64,000 nucleotides of DNA, from the NCBI GenBank assembly GCA_021613535.1, contig CP075492.1:3162001-3226000 (forward strand), given 5' to 3'. Below the pieces are notes generated by a model. It searched no databases. It saw only the letters and a program-made list of their open reading frames with translations, and had not been told where the DNA came from. A program made the translations under genes and the position numbers. How positions within the stretch are numbered: the stretch's first letter is position 1; every line of letters starts with the position of its first letter. Shown in pieces: positions 38,405 through 51,000 of the stretch. This DNA is from Adineta vaga. Its lineage: Eukaryota > Animalia > Rotifera.

Positions 38405-39508
38405 TTAAATTGTTGTTAAAATTGTATGAGCAATTTGAGATGAATTTGTCACTCGTCCGAAATAATCAGTTATACTTCTTGATTCAGCTTCTCGATTCAG
38501 TCCGCCGATAAAATCTGCACTATAAAAAAAATATTGCGATAAATTAAATAAAAATGGTACTATATGTGGAGACCAACGAATAGCAAAACGAACAATGAAT
38601 CGTCGTTTGAAATGATATTTTCTAATTATCATTTGTATCCGAGGAAGTTTATCATTATCAAATTTAAAAATTTTCGTGGTAACAAATGTATAAAATTTCA
38701 ATAAACCTGTATAAACTGCGACAATATACGCACAAATTGCAACGATAAACGAATAGATAACAACCATAGGAATTACATTTGTAAATATATATGGAAGAAG
38801 CATAGCACTAACAAATATAAATGTTATTGTTGATACAATCATCGATGGATAAAATATAATCTTCCCTAAAGTTCTTCGCCATTTTTTCTTTCGATTAATC
38901 AATGGAATATTATGATGTCTTTTATCGCGTAAAAGAATCATTTTAGAAATATATTCATATGCGAACATGGAAAATGGATCAAATAAATAATTATAAATTC
39001 GATAACCAAATAAATTGTAACAATTCCATACTGTTGCAAATTCACCTGACATACAATTCGCTTGAATAATACAATACCAAATTGCATGTGCAATTAATGG
39101 TGAACAAGCGAAAAGAAGATCAAATAAATCAAATGTTGGCTTTTGTTTATGTTCTTCTAAATCATCATCATTTGTTTTTAATAAGATTCCTTTTTGGTAA
39201 TTAAGAAGATAGATTGTTCGAATTCGAGAGCTACGTCTACGTGGAAGTGCAGGTGGAGCAGGCGCAGGGGGAGGAGGAGGAGGTGGTGGTGGTGGCGGTG
39301 GTGGGACTATTTGAAGATCAATAAAATCACTTGGTAATAACCATGTTCCACAAACTGCTCGATCCCAAAGACGAAAAGAAAATTCAAAAATGAAAAATTG
39401 TGATACAGCTATAAAATATGGTTGAATTCCTGTATTATCATCTCGAAATGTATAAAGTAATGGATTGGCATTTTGATAATTCGGTGGAATTGTATTAATT
39501 TCAGCCAT
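38405..39508 (-). CDS. intronless multi-pass membrane protein with poly-Pro tract, unknown function
   Basis: 367-aa ORF, 14-Pro run, several hydrophobic helices. Confidence 0.7.
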   Translation of the reverse strand: MAEINTIPPNYQNANPLLYTFRDDNTGIQPYFIAVSQFFIFEFSFRLWDRAVCGTWLLPSDFIDLQIVPPPPPPPPPPPPPAPAPPALPRRRSSRIRTIYLLNYQKGILLKTNDDDLEEHKQKPTFDLFDLLFACSPLIAHAIWYCIIQANCMSGEFATVWNCYNLFGYRIYNYLFDPFSMFAYEYISKMILLRDKRHHNIPLINRKKKWRRTLGKIIFYPSMIVSTITFIFVSAMLLPYIFTNVIPMVVIYSFIVAICAYIVAVYTGLLKFYTFVTTKIFKFDNDKLPRIQMIIRKYHFKRRFIVRFAIRWSPHIVPFLFNLSQYFFYSADFIGGLNREAESRSITDYFGRVTNSSQIAHTILTTI

Positions 39509-40049
39509 AATTTTATTTAATTTTCGTGTCTTTATTCACGTATAATCTATATGAAAGGAAAATGTTATCTGATCCTTGATATCTTCAAGTCAAATATAAG
39601 GCCGTGATACGTCATTAGAACGAACGGAAGAGACAAAGATATGCGTCAATACGATGTTTATGATTATAGTATAGCATCAAGGCGCTATATATCATTAATG
39701 TGTATGCACATAAAAGACACGGCCATGAAGGAGGAAATATCGTTTATGAAAAATCAAAATTTTCATACATTACTCAGAGCTGATATTATATAGTTTGAGT
39801 CCGATTATTCTTCATCAAATCAGATACGTTTTTTTTTCTTCTCGGTGTACATCATCTGTAACACGTTGATACGTACCAAATAAGAATGATAAATAAATGA
39901 ACGAAATTTATAATTATCAAAAGATCGTTGAGCTAATAGAAAGTTTTCTGTCAAAGATTTAAAACAATGGTGGGGTGGGTGTGGGTTTACATGAGGCTAC
40001 GCTTTTAAGGCTCACACACACGACCTTTCTTTTCGTAGAAAATTCTCAT

Positions 40050-40662
40050 ATTTCTGGTGTACTCGAAAAGTGAGCACACTATGCTATAATGGATCAGTGT
40101 GCCCGACTGGTCGGCCGTTTACACGATAACTTTTGAAAGAAGAGTCAGATCGTGGTGATATTTTCTGAGCAGTTCAGCCTCGACCATATCTTGGTCGAGT
40201 TCGAAGATGAGATTGATCCCTAACAACAAATACCGCGGTTATTAACGGTTTATTATTTGAGGTTTCGAACGGTGATTTTGCACCAAAAAAGTCAGACCTT
40301 TTATCAGGTTTTTCCACAACGCCCGAAACCGCGATAAGTCGTTATAATTCCTAATAATTTATATCTCATTTATATTTTTATTAAATTTTCTGAGATATCC
40401 ATGTTGATGATGTGCTATATGCGATGTATAAAATCATGTTTATCACTCATAGTCGTGATTAGTAAACTATAAACATAATCTATTCGAATAAAATCATTTC
40501 TGAAGGAAAATATACATTTATTAGGATATTTAGTTGATGAACCGCGGTATCGTGTGCTACGAAAAAGTCTAACTATTTGAAATATTATTACAGTTCTGAC
40601 TACATGTATGTCTATATACGTCAAAACACATGAGAATACTACTCAATATACTTATCTTGATT
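40050..40662 (+). mobile_element. non-autonomous Helentron (HINE/DINE-1-like) element
   Basis: T-flanked 5' sub-terminal hairpin gtgtactc-gaaaagt-gagcacac; internal acacgataacttttgaa and gagttcgaagatgag; 3' gagaatactactcaatatacttatcttg echoes the 5' arm. Confidence 0.45.
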
Positions 40663-40766
40663 TCATCAATGGAAAAAACAGAATTGTTTCTATTTTTATC
40701 TCTGAAATTTTCCCATCTTATGGACATATTCTTACAAATGTTCATCGCAACGAAATTTGACTAATA

Positions 40767-41037
40767 CCCAGACAGATAGAATCGATAAAAAAACGACGTT
40801 CTTATGTTCGTTTTTTCCAACAGAACGTATATTTACTACGTTAAAAAAATATACTTTTGTACCCATATAAACGATGTTTTTTTTCTTTCAGACAGAAAAT
40901 AGCCGAAAACGACGTTTATACGGGTACAAAGGTGTATTTTTTAAAGTGGTAAATATGTTTTGTTGAAGAAAACCAACATAAGAATGTCTTTTTTTCTCGC
41001 GAAGCGTGTTTTTTTCTATCGATTTTGTTTGCCTGAG
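40767..41037. mobile_element. fold-back MITE flanked by TA
   Basis: TA|cccagacagatagaatcgata ... tatcgattttgtttgcctgag|TA; almost the whole ~270 bp is an imperfect palindrome (tttgtacccatataaacg / cgtttatacgggtacaaa). Confidence 0.8.
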
Positions 41038-41108
41038 TATCTTTAAGATGTATTCATGTCTATTTTAAGTCAATATAATATTCGATTAAACAACATCAAA
41101 TGAAGATA

Positions 41109-43668
41109 TTAGAATCGTGTAGATAATGGTGGCGTAGGTGCAGTAACTTTGATCGATATCGTTGGCATATCTTCTTCAATTTTTATATTCTTTCTTTGTT
41201 TTTGTTGTTGTCTTTCATACACAGCGAGTTGTCGCCAACTGTCGATTAAAGTTTGTGCACTGTACTCAATTTCTTCTTGATCTTTCATTGAATCAAGTAA
41301 ACCTCGATGTCTACCCATACACATGACTAATATTAATATTATCTTGCTTGATGTACTAAGTGCCGTAGCAAGACCTGGTGATGTAGATGAAAAACCCATA
41401 GAAAGACCACAACCACCAAAAGCACTGATAACTTCAAATATAATTCGAAATACTGTGATACGTGGATTACTTGGAATGACAAGAGATTTTTCCAAAGCAC
41501 AAATAAGAAAAATAAAAATAAATAACCATGTTCGAGTTGATATAAGAAGACTAAATAAACCAAGAATAAAATGTCGACAACAAATTATCAATAAGAGTTT
41601 CATTCGAAGAATAGATATATGTAAACTTTGTGTACCACTACTCCGAGAACCTGTACTTAAATGGCGTTGATAACGTTGTTCATTGAAATAATTTACTGAT
41701 GTTTCAGTTTTATCCGATGGTAAAATTTTCGTAAAATATCTTTTTGCTTGTGCTTTTGTAATTGAACCTTGTCGTAAAAGATAATCTTTCATTTGATTAA
41801 CTGGTAAAAAGAGTTCAATACTTGGACTGTTGACTGTAGTGTACAAGTTTATTATGAAATTTTTCTGATGTTTGAAGTAATATCCATTCCATTTCAAATG
41901 GTGTTTCATTTATTGTACATAACTAAAAATGTGTCACAGTATCATTCACTTCTATTCTACTATGTTAACTAGATGATAGGTGATATATGATTTTTCTTTC
42001 GTTCTGTAACTTTGACATCTGTCAAAAGGAATAACATATGTTTCTTTTTTATTTGGAATTTTTTTCTTAATTGACTCATCGATTGTACATGCTCTCTATA
42101 GATTTTTTCATAAAAAAATCATCTATTAGATTTGTCATAGAATAATAAACATACCATCTGAGGTTTGATACTCATTAAAACAACAAAAAAGATTAACGTT
42201 GCTGCAGCAAGTTGCTCAAATTAATTGTTGCATAGCCTAAAACAAGGTGTTATCTTTCTAATATTTCATTTTAACATCGATAATTTACCTCCAAAACGAG
42301 TATTAATTGTTTGAAACATAAGTATCAAAAAACGTTGTCCTTCTTTATACATTGCCAAGTTCGGATTGTTAAAATCGAGTATCAAAGCTATGGTTATTCC
42401 AACTAAATAATAAACGAGAAATAAAGAAAGAAACTATTTTGTGTATAGTTACTTACGTATATGCATTAAAATAGTAATAGTTACATAAAGTCGTGTTTGA
42501 ATCGATGGAAATATTACAGTCGATAGACGATGATTATTAAGTAAAATATAATCAAAATAGATTTTGTATTTCCATCTAAAACAAAATTCTATTAACAATA
42601 ACTGTATCAATGACTATTTACGGCATAAGAGATTTCATTAAAGTAACAATTCCACGAAGAATAGCTGGAAATAATGATGTACCAGACATGACGATCAACA
42701 TGATGATAATATTCATAAAAATATCATTAACAAATAAAATAATACCATTATTCCTAAGAAAAAAAAGGTTTTCAAATTTAATAAATAATTAAATATCTAT
42801 TCATAGATGTTTTTGTTTGAGTTCGTTACCAGACGGATAGACCATTTTGATTGAAACCGCTCACACTGATAACTAATGAGGCGTAGAATGGATTAATTGT
42901 TACATTTGCTTGTGACAAATCATTTGAATCATAATGATATTTCAACCAAAAACCAATGGAAAGAAACGAGAAAAGATAAATAATAAAACAAGTTGAAAGA
43001 ATTAATATAATCAAAATAATATGAGATGTTATTCGAAGATCTTTTCGATTAGGTAATTCTTGAAGATGTTTTTCTAGAACGGGATCGATTGTATTGTGAC
43101 GAATGAATTTTGTCCAGGTAATGTATTAATTTCAACTACTGATATGATAATGATACATCTTCTATATTATTTGTTTCTCGTTTAGCTTGATAAATTTTAA
43201 TTACAATCGCTGGAATCGTACTTATCGTAATACCTATTTGCAATAAAAATGTTATCTCATGTCATTTCATTGACCTACTTACCTGATATCAATGACTATG
43301 AGTAATATGATTTGTGATGATTTTTTAAATATTGAAAATTGATATGTTTGTAATCCACATGTAAATACACATGTAGCACTAATAAACCAACAATCAATAA
43401 AAGGTATTTGTTTGTCTTCAATAAACCAAATAATTGCACCAAAAACTAATGCATTGATAAAGAAAACACTAAGATGTATGTAGAAGTAATGTCGCATACG
43501 CCATTGATAAGTATTCCAGAGTTTAGAAAATTTTGAACGCCAATTAGTTACTGGTATGATTGCATGTGTACTTGCATTAATCATATCACTATCTGATTGA
43601 ATAACATTACGTTGACTATCATTTTCAGTTGCAAATGATTCTTCTCTAACAAATCCTAAATTCAGCAT
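41109..43668 (-). pseudogene. Trk/HKT-family K+/Na+ transporter, multi-exon, several frameshifts
   Basis: four pore loops: SATCVFTCGL, SVSGFNQNGLS, TRFG/GY, FEVISAFGGCGLSMG plus MCMGRHRGL; frame breaks at ~43290, ~43135 and ~42218. Confidence 0.8.
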
Positions 43669-44165
43669 TGTTTAAGTTATTGAAATTGACTTCTTTTATG
43701 AAATACTATTCTGACAGGAATATAAATAGTGAAGTTTTTTGTTTATCTTTCTTTATATTAACTCGATTCAATATTTTTTTACTTGAGGCAATTATATAAT
43801 AAGTAAGAAATATAAATAATATTTATTTGTATAGAGAATACCTACTGATTAATATTTAAAGTTTTGACAAGAACAAGACTAACGGGTATATTATATTGTT
43901 ATTATAAAACTAATTCGTATTGATCCATTTCGATCACAATCATAATACTTATATGTTATTTTAAACAGAAATAATATTATAATTAATTCTTTTCTTTTTG
44001 TATTCTATTGGAACGGAACGATATGAGGTAAAGAAGAATACTTTTTAATGAATATGCTACAATTACTCGCAGAACTGAACATGAGTCGTATAGTTCTATC
44101 TAATCTTGAACAATTATAAATAATTCTTCTTTACTTTATAATTAGTCAGTTTATGATATTAAAAT

Positions 44166-45253
44166 TCAATAACGCAAATATCGTATAAAATAAGCATCTT
44201 GATCAATATTTTCATCACTAAATGCAGTAGTTTCTGGTTGAATTTGATTTTTCCTCCAACAACACAACTTTTTTATTTGTTTCCAACATTTTTTCTCCAG
44301 AACATATTTCACTTGTCGACGATATCGTGTTGATATAATTAAAAATAGATAAAAACTAATCTAGAACATATCAGCTATTTTCTTTTTCTATAATAAACAA
44401 AATGAAATCTTACTGCAGCATTAATGTTAACCAATGAATAAAAAATTGTTTGAATTAATCGTTCAATTGCAGATCGTACTTGATCGATTTGTTTAGGATC
44501 AATATTAATTGCATAAACACGATGAATTGCATATGGTAATTGACATATAACATAAGCTATGACACGAACTAAAACCATTGCAGTTATTTGATGATCAAAT
44601 CGACGACGTTCAAGTGAAATTTGTCGACGAATAACTCGACGAACATTTTCATAAGCAAGTAAACTAAATGCTGAAGAAATAAAAACTGGTAAAAAACCAG
44701 AAAGAAATGGAAAATAGAAATATTTTGCATATTGACTCCATATTGGATTTAATAAAATACATCCTAATAATGGATGACTTTCAGTATAAATACCATATAG
44801 AATACTATGAAATATACTAAATGAAATACTTATAGAAACTAAATATCGAGCTGTTGTTAATGTATACATTTGTCTGATATGTAAACGATTATTGGTTAAA
44901 AAAAATTGATCACAAGCAGATAAACATATCATACAAGATGTTGTTAGTACGGATGTTTGAAATATAAAAAGTCGTAATTTACACCAAGTAAATGTAGTTG
45001 CAATCGTAATATCACCATATACTAATGGTACAACTGTTATAATAGAAGTCATTAATCCACACATAAAATTTGAAATTGATTCAATAATAAAATATAAAAT
45101 ACATCGATTTGTTCGAAAAGGTTTTAATTGAAGAAATACAAAGATATTTAATGTATTACCAAGAAATGCAGTAATACTTGTTATAGAATTTGAATATAAT
45201 GTATATTGAGAAACAATATTTAAAATTATTGTTGATGTTGAATTTGTAGTCAT
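44166..45253 (-). CDS. orphan class A GPCR; last intron ~44362-44413
   Basis: FLGNTLN, WCKLR, CLSACDQF, LP in TM5/TM6; final exon ISFYLFLIISTRYRRQVK. Confidence 0.85.
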
Positions 45254-45757
45254 GATAAACTATCTGTTGTTTTATTATGAAAATAATGGCGACTGATTCT
45301 CTGTTCTAATCAGATTAAATTGTCAAAATAAGAAATGCCCAGAGATTATATTTTCATGCGACATGGATTTTGTGACTTTTATGACAGGAGAATTAATTAT
45401 AAAATTGATTCACTAACCATAAATAAAAATTTCTTTTGAATAACTGAAAAAATAAAATAAAATAATGGTTGAAGAAATCATGTAAAGTTCTGAAATAGAT
45501 TAGTATCAGAGGACATTTTCTATCATAGAAAGGATGGATGAGTGAATGTAAGTACACAATATACAAAAAAATGTCCATACAGCTGAAAGACTATCATAAT
45601 CAATTAGATCGACTTGAAAGTACATGAAGAGAAATTTCTTCCTGAAAATGAACTTAATGAGAAAAAAATAACATTGATTGTGAATGTATGTGAAAGATTT
45701 TTTCAAACTGGATTTATTTATCACAAAAACATTGATATAGATCGAATTATCGTTTTT

Positions 45758-45812
45758 CTTGAGGGTGTGGGTGTGGGTACTCCTATCTTCTATCACTCCA
45801 CACCTACACCCA
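45758..45812. repeat. telomere-repeat hairpin, clear copy
   Basis: cttgagggtgtgggtgtggg-tactcctatcttctatcact-ccacacctacaccca. Confidence 0.8.
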
Positions 45813-47105
45813 TATGACAAAAACCCTTTCAAATATAATTGGGTCATAAGAAGTAAAGTCACATAGCAGTGAGAATATGAATAATCGATGAATCGGACAT
45901 ATACATATATTGACAATCTCATGTTTATTTTATTTTGCATCAATGAAAACAGGAAAATATTATCTATTCATCGAGGGATTGCAAAAATACATAAAGTTCT
46001 ATTAATCATATGGTGTGTAGATGTCCACTGGTTCTTTTCGAATAGTGTAATGATCATCATTCTTTAAAACCAAGTTTCATAAAGCATTTCGAGCTTTCAT
46101 CATTAAAATGATAATGAACTAGGTAAGAAAATGAAAGTATTATATTGCAGTAGAGTAATGACATTTCACATGCTTCTACAAAAGGTACTTACCATCTTTT
46201 GTATCCTTGAATAGACATAGCCAACAGAAATATGTATCACATGTGCATTGCGTTGCATTACAATCTTCGTCCTTCCAACAGGGTTGTTTACATTTTGGGT
46301 TTGGACACAATTTAATGGGTAGGTTACCTATAGAAAGACTTATTTTATATTCTGCTTATCAAAAAAGATATTTCATCGTTTTAAAATAAGAATTCCAGCA
46401 GTTGACGTCGGTAAGTTTATCTCGAAACCTGATTGAAAAATTACTAAATCCAGACAAAATATCGTACGAAACGAATGGTTTCCGAGACTAGAATATCGTG
46501 ACTGTATTCAACGATTGGTTATGTATTCATTTTCTATAGGAAAGAATGGGTGGGTGTGGGTGAAGGTGTCTCTTCCCTATTCACATCCACACCCACCCTC
46601 AACATCACCAATATAGAGAACTGGCATTAATCAAAACCTAATTCACAGTTTTAATAAGTTTCGTTAGATTACGTACTAATTGTGATCTTACTAGACAATT
46701 TGTTACTTCGCTCGTCTCGTTTCTAGCTTTCTTATCTCTTATATGTTATGTACATAGAAATGAATAAGCATGCTTGTTTACATACACTGCATGCATGATA
46801 GTTGTCTCTTTATGCAAACAGACACCAACCTTTTTTTCTTGTCTTTTCTTTTCTATAATTCTTTTCGCCGAACGAATATGTAAGTATGTGTTTTGTATAA
46901 GAACGATACGATTATTGAAAGGAAGAAACAAACAAAAGCGACGTGTCATTAGTGTAAGTATATCTTGTATAAAAAATCGTTACATATAGTTGCTTATTCT
47001 CTTTTAAATCATTTTAGGTACCATTTGGAGCAGATTAGTCTATGGTTGGGGTACCCGATACAATCAATTCATCGATGAAAAATCACGGAATTATTTTAAA
47101 AGACT

Positions 47106-47708
47106 ATGGAAGACATCGGGAGTACCATACTGAAATTTGTAGAAACAATATCAAATACAATATGGACTGTAATACCTCCACTAAAAAGGAAGACAAATGG
47201 TTCGTTATGTTTTTATGCAAATGTGGATTCCGATACGGAAGATATGCACATGCTTCACCATAATAATCTTCTTAAAGAATTTGAAGATATTACTGGTTCT
47301 GAGCCTGACAACATCTTGAGGATTGCAGTGTATAGAGTACCGTTGAATCCATTGGAACCTTATCTTAAAATGTTCTACCATGCGTATCTAGTATTAGAAA
47401 CTGAAAGATGGTATTACTCGTTGGAAACAACATCGGAAAAGATCACACTGCAACGATCAACGAAGCTCGAAAATGTTCGCGATATGTACGAAAGAAAATC
47501 CCGATGTGGTGGTAGTGAACCTGAACTCATAATTAGAGCAAATGGCAAAAAATCTATCAAAGAAGTAATGGAATATCTCCACAAAAATAATCGTCTTAAT
47601 GTTAACTATAATTGGTTTGTGGAAAACTGCAAGGACATGGCCAAATGGATTTTTGACAACTTCAACTCAGAAGGAAAAGAATTCGACCTCAAATACACGA
47701 AATATTAG
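47106..47708 (+). CDS. permuted papain-fold (PPPDE/LRAT-like) thiol peptidase/amidase
   Basis: FYHAYLVLET (His) precedes YNWFVENCKDMA (Y-x4-NC Cys). Confidence 0.6.
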   Translation: MEDIGSTILKFVETISNTIWTVIPPLKRKTNGSLCFYANVDSDTEDMHMLHHNNLLKEFEDITGSEPDNILRIAVYRVPLNPLEPYLKMFYHAYLVLETERWYYSLETTSEKITLQRSTKLENVRDMYERKSRCGGSEPELIIRANGKKSIKEVMEYLHKNNRLNVNYNWFVENCKDMAKWIFDNFNSEGKEFDLKYTKY

Positions 47709-48025
47709 CCACATTTTCTTACATATTCATATCCCGTTGAGTACAAAATATATATTCTCTCGCATCTCCATTAATTCTTTGTCCATTTCGCTTCTAAGGA
47801 TCTTTTGTTTCTCAATAAAACTCATTCTATTTTCGGTAACACGCAAAATTTCTCTTGAGAGTGTATAATTTAAGACACAGTTGTACTAAACCACTACATG
47901 CTCACCTCACTCATGAACTTCAAATGAATTGTTATATTCATATATTATTCAAACAAAAGTTTTACATATGCAGTTTATTATAAGAGAATGACAATGTCAG
48001 GATGAGTATGAAAGAAAACGATAGT

Positions 48026-51000
48026 TTAACATAATTTCATGACAATATTTGTATTTCCATATGCATAGTTTCCAATAATAACATCTGTAACATTATCATG
48101 ATTGATATCTTTTGATGATAATGCAAACGGGCGAGCATTAAAACCAATTGGTAATATAAATTGATTAGAAAAGCTTCCATTACCATAACCAAAGAAAAAA
48201 CCAACATTATTACTTCCATAATTAGCCACAGCTATGTCCAATAGTGTATCATTATTATAATCAGCTATATTAACTGATGATGGTTGAGATTTCAGACCCG
48301 TTGAATAAATAATTTGATTATAAAATGTTCCATTAGTTTTTCCAATAAAAATACCAATAGTATCACTTCCACTATTTGAAATAACAATATCTAATTGATT
48401 GTCATTATTCAAGTCAGCAATTGCAATTGAAGATGGATGAGAATCATTACCTGTTAAATAAATATTCTCACGTATAAATGTTCCATATCCCGATCCAAAC
48501 AGAATCATTAGATTATTAGTTCCAGAATTAGTTACTGCAACATCCAATTGCTTATTATTGTCAAAATCTCCCGTAGCAACAAACATTGGACGAGAATTTA
48601 ATCCAGTTGAATAAGACGGTAAACTTATAAAACTCTTACCAGAATATCCAAGAAATATGCTGATATCATCATTATCAGAATTACATACTGCCATATCCAG
48701 TCGACTATTGTTATTAAAATCAGCAAAGAGAACACCTGTTGGACGTGCATTATAACCAGTTGAATAAGTTATTTGACTGAAGAAAGTACGATTAACATAA
48801 CCAAGAAAAAAACCAATTTCACTTTTTTGTGAATTGACAACAGCAATGTCATCTATACCGTCATGATTCAGATCGATAACAGTCAACGAAGATGTTTGAG
48901 AATCTTGACCAGTTGACAAAATAATTTGATCTTCAAAACTTCCATTTCCATATCCGAAAAAGATGCCAATACTACTAAGTGCACTTTTAGCAATAACAAT
49001 ATCAATATAACCGTCTTTATCAAAATCCCCAGTATCAACAGAAGTTGATACCGAACCGGCACCAGTTGATAAAATTTTTTGTCCAGAAAAACTTCCATCA
49101 CCATTTCCAAACATTATATTTATAACATCACCTCGTTCATAAACGACGGCGACATCTGATCGATTATCATTATCAAAATCTGCAATAACAGCAGAACTTA
49201 ATCCATCGCGTGCACTTATTGGATAATCAATTGTGACAGAAAATTCACCATTACCAATTCCAAGAAAAATATTTATTGTTCCAGTTTCAAAATTGGCTAC
49301 AACAAGGTCTGGTCGAGAATCATCATTCAAATAACCGACGGTAACTTCTCTTGGCCAACCATTACTCTGAGTATTATAAACTATTGTATGGGAAATCGTA
49401 CGATTTGCACCCATTATTAAAATATATAGGAGAAAATGAGCATTATCAATTAAAGCTATGTCTGCTATATTGTCATCATTAAAATCACCAGCATCAACGG
49501 AAGTAGGTAAACATTTATCATCAGGAGAATATATTATCTGATTAGAAAATGTTCCATCACCATTTCCAAAAAAAATTCTAATGGTATGATCTCCATTATT
49601 AGCAGTTACTATATCAAGTCGATTGTCGTTATCGAAATCTCCTATGGCAAACTTAAATGGATTAGAACCTGCACCCGTAGAATAAGGGGTTCGTGATCCA
49701 AAATATCCATAATCATATTGAATTAGTATATTGATGTTATCATTACCATAATTGGCAATAACAATATCAGTCAGATGATCGTTATTGTAATCACCAGTAT
49801 CAATTGAATATGGATTTAAACCATCGGAAATTGAATAACTGTTTTGTTTTCCAAAACTTCCATTTCCATATCCATAAAAAATACCGAAAGAATTTACACC
49901 TGAATTAACAACGGCAATATCTCGATGATTGTCATTATTAAAATCGTGAACACTCACAGCGACAGGAGAAGAAATTGAACCAGTTGAATATTGATCTTGT
50001 ACTGGAAATTCTCCTTGACCATTTCCTAAATAGATTCCAATATTATTTGTAATATAATTAGCAACGACGAAGTCCATTTGATGATCTTCATTAAAATCAT
50101 CGACAAAAATAGAACGTGGACCAGAAGATGATCCAGTTGAAACTGGAGTTCCCTGCATAAAATTTGCATTTGCAAATCCAAGAAAAACACCGAAATTCTT
50201 ATCACCTGAATTAATAACGATAACATCGAGTAGAGTGTCATGATTGAAATCACCAATAGCAGCCGATGTTGGACGTGAATTTTTACTACTTGAATAAATT
50301 ACTGCATTCGAAAAACTGCCATTACCATAACCGAGAAAAAGGGCTATACCTCGACGTTCTTGATGATCAAAAAGAATATCGACTAAACTGTCATTATTAA
50401 AATCACCGACAATTACAAATGATGGATGCGATTCATAACCTGTTGTGTAAATCTTTTGCGGTAGAAAAGTTCCGTTTCCATAACCAAATAGAATGCCTAT
50501 GTTACTATTCCAAGGATTACTAACAACAAGATCAATTTGACCATCACTGTTAAAATCACTGCTAGCAACGGAACTTGTTAATGGATAATAACCTGTTGAA
50601 TAACTTCTTTCATTGACGAAGTGTCCAGCTCCATCTCCATAAAGTATACCTACAGAACCGTAAGGATAGGGGTCAGATTTGTATGTAACTGCTACATCGG
50701 GTCGACCATCGTTATTAAAATCAGTAACAGTAAATCCAGAGGCCGAATATCTAATTGTAGACTGAAATACATCTGTAAAACTTCCATTTCCATATCCAAG
50801 GAAAGCACAAATAACGCTAGAATAATCACACATAAAAGAAATATCGAGATAAGTATCATTATTTAAATCGCAAATAATAATCGATTGTAATTCATCGTAA
50901 AAATCATAATTCAATGTTGTTAAAAATGTGAAAGTTCCAAAACTATTTCCACGATGAATTTCTATTTTGGTTTCATCATAGTTTTGATAAAAGATGACAA

